A stretch of DNA of 64,000 nucleotides, taken from the NCBI GenBank assembly GCA_964436635.1, contig CAYTDM010000009.1, positions 959 through 64,958 of the forward strand, in the 5' to 3' direction. Below the pieces are notes generated by a model. The model was not told where the DNA came from and ran no database searches. It saw nothing but the letters and a program-made list of their open reading frames with translations. The number at the start of each line of letters is the position of its first letter. Position 1 is the stretch's first letter. This stretch comes from an uncultured Sphingobacteriaceae bacterium (GTDB lineage Bacteria; Bacteroidota; Bacteroidia; Sphingobacteriales; Sphingobacteriaceae). Both the position numbers and the translations under genes were made by a program. Below, one piece after another: positions 19,789 through 27,653 of this stretch.

Positions 19789-19796
19789 CAAAAATA
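19789..19796 (-). promoter_or_regulatory. Bacteroidota -7 promoter box (TATTTTTG)
   Basis: Exact TAnnTTTG on the minus strand, 47 nt upstream of the symporter ATG. Confidence 0.4.
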
Positions 19797-19811
19797 TTGA
19801 GATTTAATAAT

Positions 19812-19819
19812 TAAGTTTG
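19812..19819 (+). promoter_or_regulatory. Bacteroidota -7 promoter box (TAAGTTTG); predicts a leaderless or near-leaderless mnmD mRNA
   Basis: Exact TAnnTTTG ending 5 nt before the ATG at 19825. Confidence 0.45.
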
Positions 19820-19824
19820 GCTAC

Positions 19825-20499
19825 ATGAATGCGATGGACGTAGTTAAGACAGCCGATGGATCTTTTACCTTATTTGATCCTCAAAGTGGAGAACATTATC
19901 ATTCTAAACACGGGGCGATCGGGGAGAGCCGACACGTCTTCCTGGAAATGGGTTTGAAACATTTTTTGGATACCACTGGAAGGAAATCGGCCACCATTTT
20001 TGAAGTTGGTTTTGGTACGGGACTTAATTTTTTAGTCACGGCCGATGCGCTCGCAAATACAGATGTAGACTTAACCTACTATGCCGTCGAGTCTTCGCCT
20101 TTACCGAAGAAAAGCATACAAGCCTTGGAATATACGCAATTCGCTTCTGCTGCACTATGTGAATGGTATGATGAAAATTACTCATTCATATTTAATACAT
20201 TGAAATCATTTAATGAAAGAGTTGCTTTACGTGTTTTTCCTGTTAAAATTTTAGATTTTTCGGAAAATCTTAAGGTTGATGTCATCTATTTTGATGCTTT
20301 TTCTGCGACCCATCAACCAGAAATGTGGACTCCTGAAGTTCTTCAACGGGTCATTTCATTATTAAATCCGGGTGGTATTTTCGTAACCTACTCTGTGACG
20401 GGTGATTTAAAGCGAACCTTGAGGTCTTTAGGCTGTAAAATAGAAAGGCTTCCTGGCGCCCCAGGTAAGCGAGAAATGCTTCGAGCCACACTTCAATAA
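19825..20499 (+). CDS. mnmD: tRNA (mnm5s2U34)-methyltransferase MnmD (stand-alone MnmC methyltransferase domain)
   Basis: SAM-binding motif (EVGFGTGLNF), YFDAFS...PEMW block, C-terminal GAPGKREML. Confidence 0.8.
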   Translation: MNAMDVVKTADGSFTLFDPQSGEHYHSKHGAIGESRHVFLEMGLKHFLDTTGRKSATIFEVGFGTGLNFLVTADALANTDVDLTYYAVESSPLPKKSIQALEYTQFASAALCEWYDENYSFIFNTLKSFNERVALRVFPVKILDFSENLKVDVIYFDAFSATHQPEMWTPEVLQRVISLLNPGGIFVTYSVTGDLKRTLRSLGCKIERLPGAPGKREMLRATLQ

Positions 20500-20610
20500 T
20501 TTTCTTCAAATAATTTTTTGGCGTACTCTTTGATTTGTCAATTGTAAATCTTTACTTTGTATTTCAAAGTACTTTATAAGGCTTCAGGTACTATTAAACA
20601 TTTAATTAAT

Positions 20611-21213
20611 ATGGACGCTCAATTGCAAAAAGAAATTCAATCCATCCGAGCATTAATGGAAAAATCGACTAAGTTTATATCTCTAAGTGGATTTTCTGGA
20701 ATATTAATGGGGATTTATGCGCTTTTAGGGACCGGCGCGGCACATTATTTTTTGAATGACATCATCGATCAACCTCAACGATTACGTTCAATTTTAATTA
20801 CAATCGGGATCGTGGTCTTGGTGGCATCCCTAATCACTGCCTATTTATTGTCTGCGTACAATGCGAAAAAACACGGACAGCGGTTCCAAAATGCAGCCAG
20901 CATGGGCTTATTGCAAGCGATGATGGCCCCATTATTTGTTGGGGGACTCGTGTGTATAATCGCCATTTATTATGAGTATTTTAACCTGATCGTTCCTTTC
21001 TTATTGATTTTCTATGGACTTGCGTTGCATGCCGGAGGAAATTATACGTTTAGAGACATTCGAAGTCTAAGTTATTTGCAAATAGTATTGGGTTTGCTTG
21101 CCCTTCTGTTTCCAGGATACGATTTGTTTTTTTGGTCATTGGGCTTTGGATTCTTACATGTCATTTATGGCTGTATTATGTATTACAAATATGAACGAGT
21201 GAGGAGGGCATAA
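20611..21213 (+). CDS. Hypothetical integral membrane protein (4-5 TM)
   Basis: Hydrophobic segments throughout. I chose the ATG at 20611 over the TTG at 20557. Its stop overlaps the next start (TAATG), which suggests translational coupling. Confidence 0.6.
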   Translation: MDAQLQKEIQSIRALMEKSTKFISLSGFSGILMGIYALLGTGAAHYFLNDIIDQPQRLRSILITIGIVVLVASLITAYLLSAYNAKKHGQRFQNAASMGLLQAMMAPLFVGGLVCIIAIYYEYFNLIVPFLLIFYGLALHAGGNYTFRDIRSLSYLQIVLGLLALLFPGYDLFFWSLGFGFLHVIYGCIMYYKYERVRRA

Positions 21214-21506
21214 TGTTAGGGGACTTTGACAAAGCCTTTGAGAATCGATTAAGACTGCAAATCATGGCTGTTTTAATGGCGAATGAAACGTATGATTTTA
21301 ATTCGCTTAAAGATTTATTAACGGTGACAGATGGAAATTTGGCCTCCCATTTAAAAGCACTGGAAAAAGCGGGATATATCTCCGTTAGAAAAACATTTAT
21401 TGGTCGTAAAACCAATACCAGCTATGAAGCAACGTTGGAAGGACGAAACGCCTTTCAAAAGCACTTAGCCGCCTTAGAAGCGCTTATATTACAACAAAAA
21501 CAATAA
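21213..21506 (+). CDS. Winged-helix transcriptional regulator (HTH_34-like)
   Basis: 97 aa with an RLQIMAVL...LKDLLTVTDGNLASHLKALEKAGYISVRK wHTH pattern. Confidence 0.75.
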   Translation: MLGDFDKAFENRLRLQIMAVLMANETYDFNSLKDLLTVTDGNLASHLKALEKAGYISVRKTFIGRKTNTSYEATLEGRNAFQKHLAALEALILQQKQ

Positions 21507-21705
21507 AAGTGTGAAGTACCAAGTGGTGTGAAAACCCGAAATACCAAGTGGTGTGAAAACGTGTGGTGCCAAGTGGTGTGAAAACGTGTAGTACCAAGTG
21601 GTGTGAAAACGTGTAGTACCAAGTGGTGTGAAAACGTGTAGTGCCAAGTGGTGTGAAAACGTGTGGTGCCAAGTGGTGTGAAAAACTGATGAACCAAGTA
21701 GGTCC
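21507..21705. repeat. 25-bp tandem direct repeat array, about 7.5 copies (consensus CCAAGTGGTGTGAAAACGTGTRGTR)
   Basis: Copies start at 21520, 21544, 21569, 21594, 21619, 21644 and 21669, with a degenerate one at 21694. A partial unit sits at 21507-21519. The array fills the regulator-creD spacer. The period is not a multiple of 3. Confidence 0.9.
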
Positions 21706-21723
21706 TTTATTAAACAAATTATC

Positions 21724-23133
21724 ATGGAAAATGATCCAAAATCTCAATTTCGATTCACTCAATGGTTGAATGAATCGTTGACCCTTAAATTAGCAGTGAT
21801 TTTTATTCTGACGCTGCTTTTATTAATTCCTGCGGCTTTAGTAAATGATTTGGTCATCGAACGCCAATATCGACAACAAGAAGTCGTTCAGGAGGTAAGC
21901 CAAAGTTGGTCTGGTTCCCAAACCATTTCAGGTCCTTTGCTTATGGTGCCTGTCTTAAAACAGGTCAAAATCATTAGAAATGGGATTGAACAATTCGAGA
22001 CTGTAGAACAATATTTGTATTTGCTCCCAGAACAAGTGTCCATCGATGCCGAAACAAGCGGTCAAGAACTGTCGAGGGGTATATTTAAAGTGGCAGTATA
22101 TGAAGGCGTTGTTAAAATAAATGGCCTTTTTTCCTCGTTTAATTTGGAAAAAGAAGGTTTGTCGATGGATCAAATTAATTGGGATAAACTCCGATTATTA
22201 GTGGGCGTAAGTGATTTACGAGGGGTTAAATCCATCGAAGAGGTACGCATTGGCAATCAAACTCTTCAACTCGATGAATTTGCTTCTGAACGCGTTTTTA
22301 ATCAAAATTTAGTATTTTCACCAGAACTGAATGGCGCCTTCACTTCACTTCCTTTCGAATTAACCATGGAAATCCGGGGGACTGAAAGCTTAAATTTTCT
22401 ACCCTTAGCCAAAGAAACAAAGGTGCATGCTACCGGAAATTGGGGGTCACCAAAGTTTGTGGGGCAGTACTTGCCAGACGAACGAGCAATAGCATCGAAT
22501 CAGTACGATGTTTCTTGGAATATTAATCATTTTGCTCGGACCATTCCTCAACAATGGTTAGGCGATCAGGTTCTGATTACAGGGAAAGAAAGTTGGAATG
22601 TTGACGCTCCTTATCCCGTGAAGGATGCCGCTATCGCAAATCCTCAAAACACGGTGGTGAAAGAGGTGGATGGCATCGGGTTAGAGTTTCTTCAACCGAT
22701 TAATCATTACCAAAAGAATGTGCGCGCCACGAAATATGCCATTTTGGTGATCGCTCTTTCGTTTTTGGCGTTGTTTTTTACGGAAATCATTGCGAAGAAA
22801 AAGATTCATGTGGTGCAATATGTGCTCATTGGATTGGCCTTGGTGGTGTTTTATTCGCTGCTTTTAGCTTTTACTGAACACATTGGGTTTAATCTTGCTT
22901 ATGTGTTGGCTGCTGCTGCTACCATCGGTTTGATTACGCTTTTCATTTTTAAGTTGCTGGGGCAACGAAATGCGGCCGGGCTCTTCGCGGGTCTCTTGGT
23001 TTTATTTTATTCCTTTGTTTTTGTCATCATTCAGGTGAATGATTATGCATTGCTTTTAGGTAGTATAGGCTTATTCTTATGTATAGGTGCTCTAATGTAT
23101 TTTTCAAGTAAGATTAATTGGCAGGGCCAATAG
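21724..23133 (+). CDS. creD: Cell envelope integrity protein CreD
   Basis: 469 aa with an N-terminal TM, a large periplasmic domain and a C-terminal cluster of 5 TM helices, the CreD-family layout. Confidence 0.85.
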   Translation: MENDPKSQFRFTQWLNESLTLKLAVIFILTLLLLIPAALVNDLVIERQYRQQEVVQEVSQSWSGSQTISGPLLMVPVLKQVKIIRNGIEQFETVEQYLYLLPEQVSIDAETSGQELSRGIFKVAVYEGVVKINGLFSSFNLEKEGLSMDQINWDKLRLLVGVSDLRGVKSIEEVRIGNQTLQLDEFASERVFNQNLVFSPELNGAFTSLPFELTMEIRGTESLNFLPLAKETKVHATGNWGSPKFVGQYLPDERAIASNQYDVSWNINHFARTIPQQWLGDQVLITGKESWNVDAPYPVKDAAIANPQNTVVKEVDGIGLEFLQPINHYQKNVRATKYAILVIALSFLALFFTEIIAKKKIHVVQYVLIGLALVVFYSLLLAFTEHIGFNLAYVLAAAATIGLITLFIFKLLGQRNAAGLFAGLLVLFYSFVFVIIQVNDYALLLGSIGLFLCIGALMYFSSKINWQGQ

Positions 23134-23143
23134 GAGGGTGAAA

Positions 23144-23200
23144 AAACACCCCGGGGGATTTTGGTAAACTGATAAGATACCAAAATCCCCCGGGGTGTTT
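23144..23200. terminator. Bidirectional terminator: 23-bp perfect stem between convergent creD and slyD
   Basis: AAACACCCCGGGGGATTTTGGTA (23144-23166) and its exact reverse complement (23178-23200), with an 11-nt loop. There is an A-run on the left, which is a T-run for the minus-strand slyD transcript. Confidence 0.8.
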
Positions 23201-23224
23201 CCTACTGATTAAACCAGTAAATAG

Positions 23225-23305
23225 CTTATACGCCGATTAGTGACCGTGAGTATTATACGCCGATAAGTGACCGTGCGTATTATACACCGATTAGTGACCG
23301 TGCGT
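23225..23305 (-). repeat. 27-bp x 3 tandem repeat covering the slyD stop codon and 3' flank, in frame with slyD
   Basis: The units are 23279-23305, 23252-23278 and 23225-23251. Read on the minus strand in the slyD frame they give THGH*SVYN / THGHLSAYN / THGH*SAYK. Confidence 0.9.
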
Positions 23306-23788
23306 ACCATCTGGACCGTGAGAATGACCATGTGCTAATTCTTCAGCAGTGGCTTCACGAACCGTTAAAATTTCGATTGCAAAATGCAAGGTTTGACCAG
23401 CCATTGGGTGATTTAAATCCACCACCACTGCTTCAGGGCTTAACTCCGTAACGCGGGCTCTGAATTGATTACCTTGATTATCTTGTAAAGGTAAGATGTC
23501 ACCAACTGCAGGTAAACCTGCTTGACCAAACATCTCAACTGGTAATTGTGCTACAGCTTGTTCATCAATATCTCCATAAGCATCTGAAGGAATTAACTCG
23601 AAGTCAACTTGATCACCAACTTTTAATCCAGCAATATTTTCTTCAAATTTAGGCAACATCATACCAACCCCATAAAGAAAATCTAAAGGATTGTTTTGAT
23701 CTGCTTCTTCAACGAATGTTTTTACTCCATTTTCAACAGTGTGGAGTTTGTAAGTCAAGGTGACTACCTGATTGGGTGCAATTGTCAT
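23291..23788 (-). CDS. slyD: FKBP-type peptidyl-prolyl cis-trans isomerase, SlyD-like, with His-rich tail
   Basis: FKBP plus IF-insert pattern (VVTLTYKL...LDFLYGVGMMLPKFEENIAGLKVGD...) and a C-terminal HGHSHGPDGTHGH tail. Confidence 0.9.
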   Translation of the reverse strand: MTIAPNQVVTLTYKLHTVENGVKTFVEEADQNNPLDFLYGVGMMLPKFEENIAGLKVGDQVDFELIPSDAYGDIDEQAVAQLPVEMFGQAGLPAVGDILPLQDNQGNQFRARVTELSPEAVVVDLNHPMAGQTLHFAIEILTVREATAEELAHGHSHGPDGTHGH

Positions 23789-23842
23789 TTGATCGTGTTT
23801 ATTACCCCCCTACATGGGGGCAGTTTAAAAATTAATAATTTA

Positions 23843-23850
23843 CAAAATTA
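23843..23850 (-). promoter_or_regulatory. Bacteroidota -7 promoter box (TAATTTTG) for slyD
   Basis: Exact TAnnTTTG on the minus strand, overlapping the stop codon of the upstream gene and 54 nt before the slyD ATG. Confidence 0.4.
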
Positions 23851-25875
23851 GTGAATGTTTTCCAGCAATTCATCAAGTTCTCTCAGAGAATGTATTGGAA
23901 GACCACAAGTTCTATCTTTACACAGATAAATCGCATCTTTTTCGCTTAAGCGTCCGTGTAACAAGGGAATGGAACTTTCTGTTCCGCCTAATACGAGTTT
24001 AAAGGGTTGGTAATTGAGGTCCACCCTTTGCCTAAATCGTAAAGCGTTTGGCCCAGAAAAAATCCATTCTTGGCTTCCATAGACCTTTTCCAATAATAAT
24101 AAAGCCCAATTGGCATGTGCCGAACCAAATTTTTGCATTTGATCCAACATGCGCCCTAATGCCTGGTCCACCATGACTTCCCAGTCGGGCCGTTCATATA
24201 GAATCGATAGTTTTTGCAACGCCCTAAAAAGTGCAGAATTAGAAGATGGAATGACGTTATCGATTAATTCTGTTTTACGCGTGATCAGTGCTGGAAAATC
24301 TTTGCTGGTATAATAAAAGACACCGGTTCCTTCATCGTAAAACTGCTTGATTGCTATTTCTGCTAAGCGCTTGGCTTCCGATAACCAACGTTCTTCAAAT
24401 GTCGCTTCATATAAGTTAATAAATGCGGTGATCGTAAATGCATAATCATCTAAAAATGCAGGTATTTCTCGATTTGCGTCTTTAGGTTGATGCAATAAAG
24501 TTCCAGATTCGGTATATAAATATTCTAGGATAAATTCGGCGTTTGCTCGCGCAACGACTAAATAATCTTCGTTATTAAGAATGCGATAGGCATCCAAAAA
24601 TGCTTTTAATTGGAGAGCATTCCAGGTGGTGAGTTGTTTGGTGTCCAAACCAGGGCGAACACGCTGTGCCCGATAATCGAGCAGGGATTTTTTCGCTTTT
24701 TTCAGGAAAGCATCCCACTCATCTATAGAATAGCCCGATTCGTAGGCCCATTCATCGGCCTCAAAGTCATGATAAAAAATATTCGTTTCTTCTTCCTCCC
24801 AATTGCCTGCCTCCGTGATTTGATAATGGTTTAAAAGGAGTTCAATTTCTGCTTCGGTCAATCCATATTCAGTAAGCTGCTGAAATTCCTCTTTTTGAAA
24901 GGTATAAAATTTTCCTTCCACACCTTCGCTGTCAGCATCCAATGCGGAATAAAAACCACCATTTGGCGACCTCATTTCTCGCAATACCCAATCCAATGTT
25001 TCTTGTACAATGCGTAGGTATTGTGGATCGGGACGTTGTTGCCAAGCGGCTAAATACAAGGATACTAATTGGGCATTATCATATAACATTTTTTCAAAGT
25101 GTGGCACATGCCAACGATGATCGACCGAATACCTCGCAAATCCACCTCCCACATGGTCATAAATACCGCCAGATCCTAATTTTTTTAAGGTGAAATGCAC
25201 ATGATCTGTGATTTCAGGCTGTTTATGAAGTACACCATAGGCTAATAAAAATTCCCAATTACTGGGCATAGGAAATTTGGGAGCTTTTTGTAAGCCTCCA
25301 TCAATAGGATCAAAATCTTTCGTCCAGGGGGCCACTATTTTTTCTAATTGCTCCGTATGAAAGCTGCCTTTCCATTCTTTGATTGGGAGACGATCGCTCT
25401 GCGCAATGCCATTAGCAAGTTTTGAAGCATATTCTGTGGCCAAATTCGGTTGATCTTGCCACATTTGCTGCAGTTGATTTAAAAGATGCACCCATTCGTT
25501 CGGCCTAAAATATGTGCCGCCATAGATCGGTCGACCATCCGGTAAGCAAATGCAATTTAGCGGCCATCCACCTCGATTCGTCATTAATTGGACGGCGGTC
25601 ATGTAAACTTGGTCTAAATCTGGCCGTTCTTCTCGGTCCACTTTAATGCAGACAAAATGTTCATTCATGACTGCCGCAATTTCTTTAGACTCGAAACTTT
25701 CCCGCTCCATGACGTGGCACCAGTGACAGGTACTATACCCAATGCTAACAATTAATAATTTTTGTTCGCGTTCAGCATACTCCAAGGCTTCTTGGCTCCA
25801 AGGACGCCAATGTACTGGATTGTTTTGGTGTTGTTTTAAATAGGGGGAAGATTCACTTCCTAGTAAATTCGCCAT
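23848..25875 (-). CDS. Thioredoxin-domain protein of the DUF255/YyaL family (thioredoxin fold plus (alpha/alpha)6 barrel)
   Basis: SPYLKQH...NPVHWRPW and GYSTCHWCHVMERESF motifs. I chose the ATG at 25875, which follows the ndh stop by 1 nt. The ORF-track start at 25911 would overlap ndh by 35 nt. Confidence 0.9.
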   Translation of the reverse strand: MANLLGSESSPYLKQHQNNPVHWRPWSQEALEYAEREQKLLIVSIGYSTCHWCHVMERESFESKEIAAVMNEHFVCIKVDREERPDLDQVYMTAVQLMTNRGGWPLNCICLPDGRPIYGGTYFRPNEWVHLLNQLQQMWQDQPNLATEYASKLANGIAQSDRLPIKEWKGSFHTEQLEKIVAPWTKDFDPIDGGLQKAPKFPMPSNWEFLLAYGVLHKQPEITDHVHFTLKKLGSGGIYDHVGGGFARYSVDHRWHVPHFEKMLYDNAQLVSLYLAAWQQRPDPQYLRIVQETLDWVLREMRSPNGGFYSALDADSEGVEGKFYTFQKEEFQQLTEYGLTEAEIELLLNHYQITEAGNWEEEETNIFYHDFEADEWAYESGYSIDEWDAFLKKAKKSLLDYRAQRVRPGLDTKQLTTWNALQLKAFLDAYRILNNEDYLVVARANAEFILEYLYTESGTLLHQPKDANREIPAFLDDYAFTITAFINLYEATFEERWLSEAKRLAEIAIKQFYDEGTGVFYYTSKDFPALITRKTELIDNVIPSSNSALFRALQKLSILYERPDWEVMVDQALGRMLDQMQKFGSAHANWALLLLEKVYGSQEWIFSGPNALRFRQRVDLNYQPFKLVLGGTESSIPLLHGRLSEKDAIYLCKDRTCGLPIHSLRELDELLENIH

Positions 25876-25876
25876 G

Positions 25877-27205
25877 TTAAGATGGGGTAGAGGTTCGTTT
25901 TTTACGTTCAAATTTATGGATAATTAAGCGAACCCCTCCATTAAAGGTCACATAGCTTAACATCCAATTGATAAATGTTACTAAGCGATTTCTAAACCCA
26001 ATGAGGGACATCAAATGCACAAACATCCACACCCACCAAGCAAAAAATCCTTGGAATCTAATTTTTCCAATATCGACTACGGCTTTATTTCGTCCTATGG
26101 TCGCCATGGATCCTTTATCAAAGTATTCAAAATGTTCCAAGGGCTGATTTTCTATCATGCGAACAATCTGTTTGGCCACAAATTTTCCTTGTTGTTGTGC
26201 AGTAGGGGCGACACCCGGATGACCATTTGGAGTTTCTTCCGTAATCATGGCTGCTACATCGCCAATGGCAAATACGCGATCCATTCCAGGAATTAAACAA
26301 GTCGGTTCGATCTTAATCCTGTGTCCTCGTTGGATTAAGTCTTCAGGAATACCGCCAGGAAATTGTCCCATGACGCCGGCGGACCAGATGACGGTCTTAG
26401 CAGGAATAGGAGTAGCGTCTGAAAATTGGATTTCTTCTCCATTATATCCCGTTACCCGTTTGTTTAATAGCAAGGTAACGCCTAATTCTTTTAAATATAA
26501 TTCGGCTTTTGCGGAAGCCTGAGGAGATAAATTTGACAGCACTTTGTCTTGGCCTTCGACTAAGTAGACTTGCATATCTTCCTTACTTAATTCCGGGTAA
26601 TCTACCGCTAAAATATGATTTCGAATTTCAGCAATGGCGCCAGAAAGTTCTACGCCTGTGGGTCCGCCGCCCACGACGACAAAATTTAAATATGGAACTT
26701 GTTCTGCTTTCGTAGGTTGTAAGAGTGCCTGCTCTATGTTTTGTAGCAAGAAACTACGAATATTTACCGCCTCTTTCAAGTTTTTCATTGGTAAGGAGTA
26801 ATACTCGATGTCTTCATTTCCGAAAAAGTTTGTGGTCGCTCCTGTAGCAATCACCAGATAATCGTAGGAGAAATCTCCAATATCGGTGATGACTTTCTTT
26901 TCAGAATGATTGATTTGTGAGACTTCGGCGATGCGAAAACGCAAGTTATTTTGTTTTCTAAACATTTTCCGTAATGGAAATGCCACTGATGGGGCTTCGA
27001 GGGATCCCGTCGCTACTTGGTATAAAAGCGGTTGGAAAGTGTGGTGGTTATGTTTGTCTAATAACAACACTTCCACCGGTTGGTTTTTCAACTTTTTTGC
27101 GACTTCAATTCCGCCAAAACCACCTCCGATGATGATCACTTTCGGCAATCCAGGCAATAAGTCATTTTTTTCCATGGTGAAATCGTTTAATTTACTGTTG
27201 TACAA
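25877..27205 (-). CDS. ndh: Type II NADH:quinone oxidoreductase (NDH-2)
   Basis: Two GxGxxG dinucleotide folds (IIIGGGFGGIE, VVVGGGPTGVE) and a C-terminal membrane-anchoring helix. Confidence 0.9.
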   Translation of the reverse strand: MYNSKLNDFTMEKNDLLPGLPKVIIIGGGFGGIEVAKKLKNQPVEVLLLDKHNHHTFQPLLYQVATGSLEAPSVAFPLRKMFRKQNNLRFRIAEVSQINHSEKKVITDIGDFSYDYLVIATGATTNFFGNEDIEYYSLPMKNLKEAVNIRSFLLQNIEQALLQPTKAEQVPYLNFVVVGGGPTGVELSGAIAEIRNHILAVDYPELSKEDMQVYLVEGQDKVLSNLSPQASAKAELYLKELGVTLLLNKRVTGYNGEEIQFSDATPIPAKTVIWSAGVMGQFPGGIPEDLIQRGHRIKIEPTCLIPGMDRVFAIGDVAAMITEETPNGHPGVAPTAQQQGKFVAKQIVRMIENQPLEHFEYFDKGSMATIGRNKAVVDIGKIRFQGFFAWWVWMFVHLMSLIGFRNRLVTFINWMLSYVTFNGGVRLIIHKFERKKRTSTPS

Positions 27206-27233
27206 TTAACTACAATGATCTCCCATAGAAAGT

Positions 27234-27262
27234 AAACGGGTAAAACGAATATTTACCTGTTT
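27234..27262 (-). terminator. Hairpin between ferredoxin and ndh (possible partial terminator or attenuator)
   Basis: 11-bp stem AAACGGGTAAA / TTTACCTGTTT with one G-U pair. It overlaps the ferredoxin stop and is followed on the minus strand by ACTTTCT, a weak T-tract. Confidence 0.35.
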
Positions 27263-27590
27263 AATTATTTTCAAAAACTCGAATTTTGAGTCCGCCTATA
27301 GACGCATTCACTTTAATTTGGCACGCCAAACGACTATCATCATCCGAATCTGGGAGGGTATCTAACATGTCTAATTCAGCATCTGTCCTCTCTTCTAATT
27401 TATCCATGCCATCCAAAACTTGGATATGGCAAGTGGCACATAAGGCCATACCACCACAGGTTGCTAAAATATCGTATTCAGAAGCTTTTAATACCTCCAT
27501 TAGGCTCAGGTTGATGCCGTCAGGAATTTCTAAAGTTCTGGATGTATCTCCAGGTCCTTCAACCTGAATCTTTATTAACTCTTCGTTCAT
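27261..27590 (-). CDS. [2Fe-2S] ferredoxin, adrenodoxin/putidaredoxin type
   Basis: Cys ligand pattern CGGMALCATCH...C(Q), 109 aa. Confidence 0.9.
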   Translation of the reverse strand: MNEELIKIQVEGPGDTSRTLEIPDGINLSLMEVLKASEYDILATCGGMALCATCHIQVLDGMDKLEERTDAELDMLDTLPDSDDDSRLACQIKVNASIGGLKIRVFENN

Positions 27591-27653
27591 TTTTAATTAA
27601 ATTTTACTCGCAAATACCAGGCCTTATTTATGATAAATTAGGAATTAATATGA

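Noticed and set aside
21507-21705. Possible CRISPR array
   Set aside because: The units abut directly with no unique spacers, the period is only 25 bp, and no cas genes are present.
21455-21762. Three overlapping minus-strand ORFs (76-92 aa) with repetitive FTPLGTTRFHTTW... sequence
   Set aside because: They are translation artefacts of the 25-bp tandem array. A 75-nt super-period keeps all three frames open. All three frames are open at once and no start context supports any of them.
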